From: Candidatus Heimdallarchaeota archaeon
Lineage (GTDB): Archaea > Asgardarchaeota > Heimdallarchaeia > JABLTI01
Direction: 5' to 3'
DNA: 43,791 nucleotides
Assembly: GCA_019058275.1 (NCBI GenBank)
Contig: JAHLVW010000072.1
Coordinates: forward strand, 1 to 43,791
Notes under the pieces: model-generated
Databases searched by the model: none
What the model was told of the DNA's origin: nothing
The model's input: the letters and a program-made list of their open reading frames with translations, nothing else
Shown here: one piece after another, positions 28,045 to 37,242 of the stretch
Numbering within the stretch: the stretch's first letter is position 1
Layout: the number at the start of each line of letters is the position of its first letter
Position numbers and translations under genes: made by a program

Positions 28045-29274
28045 TTAAACTGAAAGGTAAATTTCTTTTTGAGCTTCAAAGATTTCATTGAAAATTTTCA
28101 ACGATTCATCTTTTATATAACCATTAGAGCTATTCCATAATATAACTTTAAGAGCTTCTGAAGAAGCAAGTATTAGTTGATTTAATCCTTTGAGAATCAT
28201 TTCAGAAGAATACCAAGGTTTTCCTGATGCCCACCACAGTTGACAACTATGTAATCCCTTATCTAACCAAGCTCGAGCATTTTTGAAACGTCTTTTGATA
28301 TCCTCAGAATTTTCATTGTCATTATTATTATTCTGATATTTCTGAGCTAGACCCACTAAATACAAGGTATGATTCATTACTGTTAATTGTAAATTGTGAA
28401 TTCTATTTTCAGGATCAGACCATAATGGGAAAGGAACACCTTTTCGCAAATCTTCTTCACTAGTTGACCATGAACTTGGCAAGGGACTAATCTTTTTCTT
28501 TTCTTGGAATATTGTAGAAATTTCATTGATTTTTATTAACTTTATATTAGGATCTTGTTTGATTTTCATTAATAATGGTTGTAGAAAATTCTCTATTAAT
28601 CCCTTAACATGATGTCCGTATGTTTCACCATCCATTGCAAGTATAACGTAGTAATCATCCTTTTCTGGATCATTTTCACCAATAAGTTCTGTATAAAATT
28701 CATCTACTGTTGGATTCTTGAATGAAATTAAGTTAGATAATAAATCATTTCTGAAAAAGATGGTGAAATCAGGATTCACATATGGAATATAGTTATCTGG
28801 TAATTCTTTATCTGGAGATGCAACACTTGAGATAACAGTCCATTTGTAGTTTGCATTAAATAAAGGGTCGATTACTCTATATTCATAAGCCATTTCAGGT
28901 AACCAGAATCCTTTAGGATTAAATAGCTCTTCACCCAAAACTTCTCTATGGATTTGCTCATTTAGTTCCATTTGTCTTATCATTTCTTCTTTTGGAATTA
29001 ATGGTAATATTGCATGATAGCAACTTGATCCTACAAGATCTATTTGATTTCTTCTTAGTAATTCCTTAATGTTTGATAGCAGCTCACTTTCTTGATAAAA
29101 TTCTAATAATTCGAGTAAGGAACCATTTATGTTGAAAGTCATTTTTGATGATTCATTTAATTTTAGTAAATTGATGAGTGGTTTGTAGGATTCTTTTATA
29201 ATTTGCTTAAGTACTGTTGGAGATTGCGTTGGTGGTTGATAGATATGAAGTAAAAATGAAACGTATAATGTCAT
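28045..29274 (-). CDS. GH57 glycoside hydrolase (amylase/4-alpha-glucanotransferase-type)
   Basis: HIYQP, ESY, HAILPL, GFWLPE (nucleophile), FRN, AMDGETYGHH (acid/base), SSW. Confidence 0.9.
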   Translation of the reverse strand: MTLYVSFLLHIYQPPTQSPTVLKQIIKESYKPLINLLKLNESSKMTFNINGSLLELLEFYQESELLSNIKELLRRNQIDLVGSSCYHAILPLIPKEEMIRQMELNEQIHREVLGEELFNPKGFWLPEMAYEYRVIDPLFNANYKWTVISSVASPDKELPDNYIPYVNPDFTIFFRNDLLSNLISFKNPTVDEFYTELIGENDPEKDDYYVILAMDGETYGHHVKGLIENFLQPLLMKIKQDPNIKLIKINEISTIFQEKKKISPLPSSWSTSEEDLRKGVPFPLWSDPENRIHNLQLTVMNHTLYLVGLAQKYQNNNNDNENSEDIKRRFKNARAWLDKGLHSCQLWWASGKPWYSSEMILKGLNQLILASSEALKVILWNSSNGYIKDESLKIFNEIFEAQKEIYLSV

Positions 29275-29420
29275 AAAATTTCCATTCCATTCATTTCTTT
29301 AATTTGCTATTGTTTTAGATTAACACAATAAAAGAATTTAGTTTGTCATAAATAAAGTGTAAGTATAGCTTCCATTATTTTCTAATATACCTCACTTCAT
29401 CCAACTTTATGGTTTTAACA

Positions 29421-29437
29421 GAAAGATTCTTTAAATA
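29421..29437 (+). promoter_or_regulatory. BRE/TATA promoter of pfdB
   Basis: GAAAGATTC-TTTAAATA about 45 nt upstream of the ATG; GAGGAG RBS follows. Confidence 0.55.
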
Positions 29438-29481
29438 ATCACTGAGATGTTGTAAATAATCCGAACCAGAGGAGAATTAAA

Positions 29482-29838
29482 ATGGCTAAAGGTTTAAGTC
29501 CACAATTAGAAGACAAAATTAAAAGATATCAGACAATTCAACAACAAATGTCTGCTTTACAACAACAAATTCAAGCATTGAAACTTGAACAAATTGACAT
29601 TGATAAGGCTATAAAGGAAATTGAAGAACTTCCAGATGATGAAATTTGTTATAGAAGTATTGGGAGATTAATGGTAAAAAGCACAATAAAAGATACAAAA
29701 GTCAAGCTTAAGGATCAAAAAGAACTTGCTGATACTCGAACTAAGCTCTCTGAGAAAAGTTTAGAAAAATTTAAGAAACAATTCGATGGTCTCGAGAAAG
29801 AAATTAAAGCTGCTCTTGAAGGTAGCAGTGAGAAATAG
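29482..29838 (+). CDS. pfdB: prefoldin beta subunit
   Basis: 118 aa; two coiled coils flanking the hairpin CYRSIGRLMVK; Q-rich N-terminal helix. Confidence 0.92.
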   Translation: MAKGLSPQLEDKIKRYQTIQQQMSALQQQIQALKLEQIDIDKAIKEIEELPDDEICYRSIGRLMVKSTIKDTKVKLKDQKELADTRTKLSEKSLEKFKKQFDGLEKEIKAALEGSSEK

Positions 29839-29870
29839 AATAATTAGCTGATGTTATTTGGTTGATTTAA

Positions 29871-30188
29871 TTGAAAAGTGATGATTCTACCAATATATCT
29901 ATTGTTGGTTTAAGAAAGCTCTCAGAAGAAGATATTGAGTTTATATCCAAGGAATTATACGACCTTGTTAGAAAATTCATCGGTAAAAGAATTCAAAATC
30001 GCAATATTGATACATATGACATTTCAATTGACATTGATAATTCACAAGATGATCTTAGGATTGAGATTGATATTAGTTTAAACCTTCCCCCGAGATTGAG
30101 TTTAGATGAAGAGAAGATAATTAACGATACTCTTGAAGAAACTTTTGCAGAAGTTGATAAATTGCTTAAGGAGAAATTTTCTAATTGA
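29871..30188 (+). CDS. DUF3194-like archaeal protein
   Basis: IVGLRKLSEEDIE N-terminus, acidic alpha/beta body; position between pfdB and a DHH gene matches the known archaeal arrangement. TTG start. Confidence 0.7.
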   Translation: MKSDDSTNISIVGLRKLSEEDIEFISKELYDLVRKFIGKRIQNRNIDTYDISIDIDNSQDDLRIEIDISLNLPPRLSLDEEKIINDTLEETFAEVDKLLKEKFSN

Positions 30189-31186
30189 ATATTAAAGAGA
30201 AACTAATCGAGAGAATAAAGCAAGGAAATTACAAGAAAGTTGCAATATTTGGTCATATTAGTGCAGACCCTGATTCATTAGCTTCTGTTTTTGGAATGGA
30301 GTTTATAATTAAGCAATTACATCCTGAAGTTACTGTCGATGTTTTAGTTGATGGAATTAGTAAACATGCAACTGAACTTGCTAATTATTACGATTATCCT
30401 TTGAAAACTGAAACTGAAGGAACTTATGATTTAATAATTATTATCGATGTCAATGTTTTACATCAAATGGGAAACTTCCAAGAATTGATTTTAAAGCATG
30501 ATAAACAAGCTATAATTCTTATTGACCATCATACAACAACAAATTTTTCTGTAAATGGTACATCTATAGCTTATATTGATGAAGAAAGAACCTCTGCAGC
30601 AGAAATAATTCTTGAGATAATGTTTAAATTATCTTTAGTGCCACCAAAACCTCTACTTAACATACTATTATCAGGGATTATCTACGATAGCAGACGTTTC
30701 TATTCTCTTAATGAAAGAATGTTGAAATTGCTGGAAAAAATGTTTGACCTAGAAGTGGATTATGATTTAGCAGTAAGTCTAATACAGAAAAGTCCAGAAA
30801 AATCTGAACGTATTGCTAGATTAAAGAGTGCGTCAAGATTAAAATACGAGAAGATAAATGATTGGATTATTGCTTGGAGCAATGTAGGTTCACATGAAGG
30901 TTCTGCAGCTCGGTCGCTTTTGGACATAGGGGCAGATGTTGCTTTTATTTACTCACAAAGAAAAGGTGAAACACGACTCAGTGTTAGAGCTACTACAAAT
31001 TTCCATCAGAGCACTAATGTTCATTTTGGCAGAGATATTATGAAAGAATTAAGTGAAAAATTTGAGGGAGATGGTGGTGGGCATTCAACTGCAGCTGCTT
31101 TAAATATACCAGAAGCGATTAAAGAAGAAACATTGATGAAATCAACTTTTATTATTTTAAAGAAGAACATGGGAAACAGTCAATGA
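30185..31186 (+). CDS. DHH/DHHA1 phosphoesterase (NrnA-like)
   Basis: GHISADPDSLAS, IIDV, IDHH, GIIYDS, RLSVR, GGGHSTAA. 4-nt TTGA overlap with the previous gene. Confidence 0.9.
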   Translation: MNIKEKLIERIKQGNYKKVAIFGHISADPDSLASVFGMEFIIKQLHPEVTVDVLVDGISKHATELANYYDYPLKTETEGTYDLIIIIDVNVLHQMGNFQELILKHDKQAIILIDHHTTTNFSVNGTSIAYIDEERTSAAEIILEIMFKLSLVPPKPLLNILLSGIIYDSRRFYSLNERMLKLLEKMFDLEVDYDLAVSLIQKSPEKSERIARLKSASRLKYEKINDWIIAWSNVGSHEGSAARSLLDIGADVAFIYSQRKGETRLSVRATTNFHQSTNVHFGRDIMKELSEKFEGDGGGHSTAAALNIPEAIKEETLMKSTFIILKKNMGNSQ

Positions 31187-31224
31187 GTCTTAATTAATTG
31201 AGTTCATGATGAGGTTAAATATTC

Positions 31225-32115
31225 TTGTCAAAAAAAGCAGTTTCATTGAAACAAGTGACTTTCAAATATAAAAATGGCACAAAATTTGCTGTAACAAATG
31301 CTTCTTTGGATATTAATGTCGATGACTTTCTATTACTAGTTGGATATAGTGGTTCAGGCAAATCAACTCTATTGAAGACAATAAATGGCTTAATACCCAA
31401 CTTCTATGCAGGAACTTTTGGTGGATCAATTAAAATCAATGGGGAGGATATTGTAGATAAAAATCCAGCACAATTGGCTAAACAAGTTGGATTTGTTTTC
31501 CAGAACCCAGAAAATCAGATTTCAAATCTTACTGTTGAAAAAGAAATTGCTTTTCCACTAGAAAATTTTGGTGTTCCTCGAGATGAAATTATAACTAGAA
31601 TTGATGAGATTGTTGAGTTATTAGGAATTGAGAGGATTAAATACAAGTCACCCTTTTCAATATCAGGTGGAGAACAACAATTGACAGCAATAGCTGCTGC
31701 TCTTGCTTTAGATCCACCTATTTTAATATTAGATGAAGTGACAGCTCATTTATCTCCAAACAGTGCAAATAATTTACTGAAAATTTTATTCAAGCTAAAT
31801 CAAGAACATGGCAAAACAATCATTCTTTCTGAGCACAGATTAGATAGATGTCTGAATTATGTAAATAAAGTAGCTTATATAGAGCAAGGTAAACTGAAGA
31901 TATCTGGCTCACTAAAGGAAGTCTTATCGAGCAAAGAATATCCTGAAAGCCTTTTGCCTAAGGTTCCACGACTTTTTTATGAGCTTGCTAGGAAATCTAA
32001 TAATTTTAACAATTTTTCAAGTAAATTTAGGAAATCTTTCAATGTTGAAAATCTACCAATAACCATTTCTGATTTCAAGAAATTAATGCAAATTGAAGGT
32101 GAATATCATTATTGA
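31225..32115 (+). CDS. ecfA1: ECF transporter ATPase EcfA1
   Basis: GYSGSGKST, VFQNPENQI, ISGGEQQ, ILDE, SEHRL. TTG after GAGGT. Confidence 0.88.
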   Translation: MSKKAVSLKQVTFKYKNGTKFAVTNASLDINVDDFLLLVGYSGSGKSTLLKTINGLIPNFYAGTFGGSIKINGEDIVDKNPAQLAKQVGFVFQNPENQISNLTVEKEIAFPLENFGVPRDEIITRIDEIVELLGIERIKYKSPFSISGGEQQLTAIAAALALDPPILILDEVTAHLSPNSANNLLKILFKLNQEHGKTIILSEHRLDRCLNYVNKVAYIEQGKLKISGSLKEVLSSKEYPESLLPKVPRLFYELARKSNNFNNFSSKFRKSFNVENLPITISDFKKLMQIEGEYHY

Positions 32116-32956
32116 ATTTGAGAATGTTTCTTTTACATACAATAAGAAGGATGAGCTTGTTCTTCGTAACGTGACATTCTCTGTTAAGAAAGGTGAACTT
32201 ATTGCATTTGTAGGTAGAAATGGTGCTGGAAAAACGACTTTAATTAAACATATTAATGGATTACTTAAACCAGCTGAAGGAGAAGTAAGAGTAAACACTG
32301 AGAACATCATAAAAAAGCCAATCTCCGAAATGGCTAAGATTGTAGGACTTGCTTTTCAAAATCCAAATCATCAGCTCTTTGCTGAGACTGTTAAAAAGGA
32401 GTTAGAATTTGGTCCTAAGAATTTGGGAATTGATAAAGAAGAACGAGAAAAAATTGTTCAAGATGTTGTTAAGCAATTCAACATTACACATTTGCTTGAA
32501 AGAAGTCCATTAGAACTATCAGGAGGAGAAAGGAGACTTGTCTCAATTGCTTCAGTTCTAACTATGAATCAACAGATTTTGGTTTTGGACGAACCATCTT
32601 TTGGACAAGATTATCGTCAAAAAGAAATGCTTGGAAATTATTTGAAAGAATTGTCTGATAATGGAATGACCATTATCGTTGTTTCTCACGATATTGACTT
32701 TATATTAGAATATATACCAAGAGTTATTGTTCTCCTACAAGGAGAAATTATTGCTGATGGAGCTACTGTAGATATTTTGAGTGATGATGATTTAATAAGG
32801 AAATCAGATTTAGATAGACCTATTCTTCTAGATTTAGTAGATAGTATCAAATCAAAGTATCCCGAATTTCAGCCCTTTTTGAAGGAAACCATGATTGCTG
32901 ATAATCTTCTCACTATTCTTACTCGAGAAAAAACAATGAAAGGGGTGTCAATGTGA
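32093..32956 (+). CDS. ecfA2: ECF transporter ATPase EcfA2
   Basis: GRNGAGKTT, FQNPNHQLF, LSGGERR, LDEPSFGQD, SHD. Exact start uncertain. Confidence 0.88.
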   Translation: MKVNIIIEFENVSFTYNKKDELVLRNVTFSVKKGELIAFVGRNGAGKTTLIKHINGLLKPAEGEVRVNTENIIKKPISEMAKIVGLAFQNPNHQLFAETVKKELEFGPKNLGIDKEEREKIVQDVVKQFNITHLLERSPLELSGGERRLVSIASVLTMNQQILVLDEPSFGQDYRQKEMLGNYLKELSDNGMTIIVVSHDIDFILEYIPRVIVLLQGEIIADGATVDILSDDDLIRKSDLDRPILLDLVDSIKSKYPEFQPFLKETMIADNLLTILTREKTMKGVSM

Positions 32957-33795
32957 GTTTTAAAATTCTAGAATATTTTGATTACGAATCAGATAAATCG
33001 ATAATGCATCAAGTGGACCCTCGAGGTAAAGCTCTATTTGTTGTCGTCACTACTTGCTTAACTATTCTTTTCCGAGAACTTGTTCCACTCTTACTTATTT
33101 TGTGTGCGATAATTCCCCTAACATTTCTTGCTCATTTCTTTAAGAAATGGATGAGAACAATACTAATGCTCCTACCTCTCATTTTGCTTATAATAATCAT
33201 TAATGCACTTCTTTTAAAAGTAGAATATCCTACAACGGTTGGAATTACAATGGCTCTAAGATTGATCATATTAACTGCTGTTTATGGATTGTTTTTCCAA
33301 ACAGTTTCTCCTGATGATATTTCACAAATGCTAATAAAATTCAGATTCCCATTTACATTTGCTTGGGCAATAAGTACAGCATATCGTTTTATTCCAACTT
33401 TAGCTAATGAAACAAATATTATCATGGCTGCTCAAAAGTCTCGAGGATTACAAATAGATCGTGGGAATATTTTCAAACGAGCAAGAAACATGGTACCATT
33501 ACTAATACCGATATTTGCTTCAGCGATGAGACGTTCATGGCAATTAGCAGAAGCTATTGAATCTAGGGGTTGGAATGCTACAAAAAATAGAACATACCTT
33601 TACTCATTAAAGATGAAATGGTGGGATTATCTAGTAATTTTAGTTTGCTTAGCAATTTTTGGTTTGTTTTTATTTCTTGTAATCACACAAGTTGATCTTC
33701 CAATTTGGATGCAATTGTACATACCTTCAAAATGTGAATTAAAAGACCTCTTTAAAGTTGCATGGGATTGGATAAAAGGTCTATTTACTAAATAA
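32953..33795 (+). CDS. ecfT: ECF transporter transmembrane component EcfT
   Basis: VDPRGK, AYRFIPTL, coupling motifs AQKSRG and AIESRG. GTGA overlap with ecfA2. Confidence 0.9.
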   Translation: MSFKILEYFDYESDKSIMHQVDPRGKALFVVVTTCLTILFRELVPLLLILCAIIPLTFLAHFFKKWMRTILMLLPLILLIIIINALLLKVEYPTTVGITMALRLIILTAVYGLFFQTVSPDDISQMLIKFRFPFTFAWAISTAYRFIPTLANETNIIMAAQKSRGLQIDRGNIFKRARNMVPLLIPIFASAMRRSWQLAEAIESRGWNATKNRTYLYSLKMKWWDYLVILVCLAIFGLFLFLVITQVDLPIWMQLYIPSKCELKDLFKVAWDWIKGLFTK

Positions 33796-33885
33796 AAAAC
33801 ACTAAGAATTCTTTTTAATGGTGATGTTCAGATTTCTAAAGTAGATATTTTGATATTGGAATTTAGTCTAAAGGTGTGCTAATAT

Positions 33886-34806
33886 TTGTCACAATTAACG
33901 GATGAAGCTCTAGAAAAGTATCGCGAAGCTGGTAAGATCACTGCTTCGGTTATGAGAAAAGCGAAGAAGCTAGTATCTAAAGGTAGAAAACTAATTACTA
34001 TTTGTGATTCATTAGAAAAGGAAATAAGAAATGCTGGAGCTCAACCTGCATTTCCAGTTAATGTTTCTGTAAATCAAATAGCAGCACATTATACTTCACC
34101 TTTTGGTGATGATTTGAAGATCCCAGAAAGAGCTATTGTTAAAATTGACCTTGGTGCTCATGTTGATGGTTATATTTCAGACCAAGCTAAGACTTTCCTT
34201 GTAGGCGGTACTAAGAAATACCAATTATTGAGACAAACATCAGAATTGGCTCTTGAGAATGCTATTTCTTTTATTAAACCAGGTATACGTCCTGGTGATA
34301 TTGGCGAAGTTATTGAAAAGACTATTCGTAAAGAAGGGTTAGTACCAATAACTGATCTAACTGGTCATGTGATCGATAGATGGAAATTACACACAGGTAC
34401 AAGCATACCAAATTACAAACCAAAGTTCAATTTTCTAGAACCAAAATTAAAAGTAGGACAAGTTTTAGCTGTTGAACCTTTTGTTACTACTGAAGATGGA
34501 TCAGAGAAAATCTATGATGAATCATATAGTTTTATTTTCTCACAAATAGGTGATAAAGCTAAATCTGCTGACAGTAAAATCCTCTTAAATGAAATTAAAA
34601 AATACTATAGATTACCATTTGCTATAAGGTGGTTAGAAGAGAGTTTACCAGAAACGAAATTATATGAAGCACTTAAAGAACTTATTTCATTTAAAACCAT
34701 TAATCGCTATCCAATGCTCGTCAGTAAAAGTCAAACACCTATTGCACAATCAGAACACACTGTCATAATAACTGAACATGGATGTGAAGTTATTACTAGA
34801 ATCTAA
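33886..34806 (+). CDS. map: methionine aminopeptidase type II
   Basis: AFPVNVS, AAHYT, KIDLGAHVDGYISD, LTGH, LAVEPF, insertion with LPFA.RWL, YPML, AQSEHT. Confidence 0.95.
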   Translation: MSQLTDEALEKYREAGKITASVMRKAKKLVSKGRKLITICDSLEKEIRNAGAQPAFPVNVSVNQIAAHYTSPFGDDLKIPERAIVKIDLGAHVDGYISDQAKTFLVGGTKKYQLLRQTSELALENAISFIKPGIRPGDIGEVIEKTIRKEGLVPITDLTGHVIDRWKLHTGTSIPNYKPKFNFLEPKLKVGQVLAVEPFVTTEDGSEKIYDESYSFIFSQIGDKAKSADSKILLNEIKKYYRLPFAIRWLEESLPETKLYEALKELISFKTINRYPMLVSKSQTPIAQSEHTVIITEHGCEVITRI

Positions 34807-34889
34807 ATGTTCTTAATATAGATGATTGATACATAAATCAAAACCTACAAAAGGAGAAGCTAATAAAATTCTTTCAGAGGTTAACTTAT

Positions 34890-35705
34890 TTGCCAAGATT
34901 GTACCAACGAAAAATTGTCTTACTTGGAGACCCAGGAGTAGGTAAAACAAGTCTTGTTCAAAGGTACATTTATGATACATTCCAGAAGAACTATATGACA
35001 ACACTTGGTCTCAATTTTTATGTCAGAACATTCGAATATCCAGATGCACAAGTTAAACTTCTTATTTGGGACATTGCAGGACAAAAGAGCAGAAGAAAAA
35101 TTGGTCTTAGGTATCTACAGGGAGCATCTGGTGCTTTATTGGCTTATGATTTAACTGACCCAATAAGTTTTGACAATCTAGCTGGATGGTATGAGGATCT
35201 TAAAAATGCCAATAACGGAAAGGATGTTCCTGTTATCATTGTAGGAACAAAATTAGATCTTGCACAAACAAATCATCTCCCCTTAGCATATAATGTTAAA
35301 AAGCTAGGAGATACTCCTGCTGCTAAGGCTAATTTAATATTCACTAGTGCAAAAACAGATACTAATGTAGATGCAGCATTTAACTTGATGATTCAAGAAA
35401 TTGTAAGTGGATTACTTCCAATTCCTGATATCTCTCCTAAAATAAGAAAGGAGATTGCTACTAAAATTTTGTTCTTTGTGAAAAAAGGTGATGCTTGGTC
35501 GAAAGTAGCATTTAATCATTTAGAAAAAGTTGGAAAGAAATACGCTCTTAGTGTTGAAACTATTGATGCTGAAGAAGATCCAAGCATAGCTGAAGCTTAT
35601 GGTGTAACAGCATTACCAACAATCCTAGTTGGTGGAAGACATCTAGTAGGGATAATACAAATTGCTCACTTAGAAGATATAATTAAGCAAATGTTAGAAT
35701 CTTAA
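34890..35705 (+). CDS. Rab-like small GTPase fused to a C-terminal thioredoxin-fold domain
   Basis: G1 GDPGVGKT, G2 YMTTLG, G3 WDIAGQ, G4 GTKLD, G5 TSAK. C-terminal about 80 aa KILFF...VETIDAEEDPSIAEAYGVTALPTILVGG...LVG is thioredoxin-like. Confidence 0.88.
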   Translation: MPRLYQRKIVLLGDPGVGKTSLVQRYIYDTFQKNYMTTLGLNFYVRTFEYPDAQVKLLIWDIAGQKSRRKIGLRYLQGASGALLAYDLTDPISFDNLAGWYEDLKNANNGKDVPVIIVGTKLDLAQTNHLPLAYNVKKLGDTPAAKANLIFTSAKTDTNVDAAFNLMIQEIVSGLLPIPDISPKIRKEIATKILFFVKKGDAWSKVAFNHLEKVGKKYALSVETIDAEEDPSIAEAYGVTALPTILVGGRHLVGIIQIAHLEDIIKQMLES

Positions 35706-35710
35706 CACTT

Positions 35711-36484
35711 TTATTTTCTTTTTTGGATTTTACCATCAGGACTGTATCCTTCACGCATTCTATGTCCAGCAATATATTGAAAGATTTTACCTTGACAAGC
35801 AGTCAATTTCTGTTGGATTTCAAATTCATTTGTAAAATTAATAAATTCATCAATCCTATTTGCTAAGTCGTTCAATTCGTCATGTGTTAAACGATTTCCA
35901 GCAGTATTGATACATTGTAATAATCCATCTGAAACTTGAGTGAGTATTTCCTTTCCGGGATAAAAAGTTACTATACCCACAATTTCCCATAAAATGTTGT
36001 TAATTATGTCTTTATCTCCTTTCTCTGCGAAATACTCCGCTACTTGTGATAAAGCCATAGCATAATTAAATTGTACAAAAGGATTGTTTTGATGTTTAGA
36101 AGCAAAGTTACCTAATTTGGTTAAAGTTTTGTGAATATCCTTATCCATTTCATTCATAATGTAATGGTAAACTAAAGCACTCAAAGCCTCACTATAAGTT
36201 TCTTGAATATCTTCTGAATATCCTTGTGTTCTTAGCAAACCTTCGATTTTACCAAGCATTTGTTCAGAATCTCTGAATTTTTTGGCAACTCCAAAAGGTT
36301 CTAAGGCATGTCTATAAGCTTCTGCCATAATAACTTGAATTTTGGGATCATTTCTAAAGTGCTTAACTTCCTTATCAAAATCATTTAGTGTTTGAACTAC
36401 GGATCTCATATTACCTGTTTTACCATGGGAAATAATCGCATTTATTATTGCTTTTAGATTACTTATTGATGGTCTTGCAGGCAT
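35711..36484 (-). CDS. hypothetical all-alpha (helical-repeat-like) protein
   Basis: 257-aa ORF with GGAG RBS; recurring ~44-aa units (IQVIMAEAY, IQETYSEAL, VQFNYAMAL, ILTQVSDGL). Confidence 0.7.
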   Translation of the reverse strand: MPARPSISNLKAIINAIISHGKTGNMRSVVQTLNDFDKEVKHFRNDPKIQVIMAEAYRHALEPFGVAKKFRDSEQMLGKIEGLLRTQGYSEDIQETYSEALSALVYHYIMNEMDKDIHKTLTKLGNFASKHQNNPFVQFNYAMALSQVAEYFAEKGDKDIINNILWEIVGIVTFYPGKEILTQVSDGLLQCINTAGNRLTHDELNDLANRIDEFINFTNEFEIQQKLTACQGKIFQYIAGHRMREGYSPDGKIQKRK

Positions 36485-36636
36485 TTGCTAATTACGCTCC
36501 TTTTATATAGGAATAAATAGTAAATTGATTTCACTCAAAGATTATTAGGTTATAACTTTAATAAAGTTAGAGGTTTTTACTTTTTATTGATAGATTCTTA
36601 TTATATCAAAAAATTATCTTTTAATAAAGTAATTGT

Positions 36637-37242
36637 TTAGGAATTGCTTTTGGATTTTTGGCTGGATTTGGTTTTGGGTCTTTTGATAACCTCATCTATT
36701 GTGTCAATTGCTTCTTTTTGTTTCTTCTCCATAGTGGAATCAATGATTACATTAGCTATTGATTGGAATACATCAGCTACTCCATCACCTGTTGCAGAGG
36801 ATGTTTCAAGATATTTAACAAAATTATATTTGTCATTTAAATCTTCAAAAGAAGATAATTCAAATGAAACTCCATGAGCAAGATCCTTTTTTCCACCTAC
36901 TAAAATTAATTTGGTTTTACTTGAGTTAAGAGCTAAATCAGCCCATTCCGGAATGCTATTCAATGTATTTAGTCTTGTAAGATCAAACATGATAACAGTA
37001 ACGGTTGCACCTTTGAAATATTTATCAAAGATCCCCATTTTCTTGAACTGTTCTTGTCCACCCAAATCCCAAATCTGAACTAAAACAGAATGTTCACCAG
37101 TTTGAATTTCATGTGTATGAAATGCTGCACCTATAGTCAATTTTGTGGAATCAATAAAACTATTCGTAATATACCTATGAATTAATGTGGTTTTTCCAAC
37201 TCCACCATCTCCTGCTAAAACTACCTTTGCTAGTAATCTCAC
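36637..37242 (-). CDS. Rab-like small GTPase
   Basis: G1 GDGGVGKT, G2 LTIG, G3 IWDLGGQEQF, YFKGA, G4 GGKKD, G5 ETSSA; K/S-rich tail. GTG start after GGTG. Confidence 0.9.
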   Translation of the reverse strand: MRLLAKVVLAGDGGVGKTTLIHRYITNSFIDSTKLTIGAAFHTHEIQTGEHSVLVQIWDLGGQEQFKKMGIFDKYFKGATVTVIMFDLTRLNTLNSIPEWADLALNSSKTKLILVGGKKDLAHGVSFELSSFEDLNDKYNFVKYLETSSATGDGVADVFQSIANVIIDSTMEKKQKEAIDTIDEVIKRPKTKSSQKSKSNS

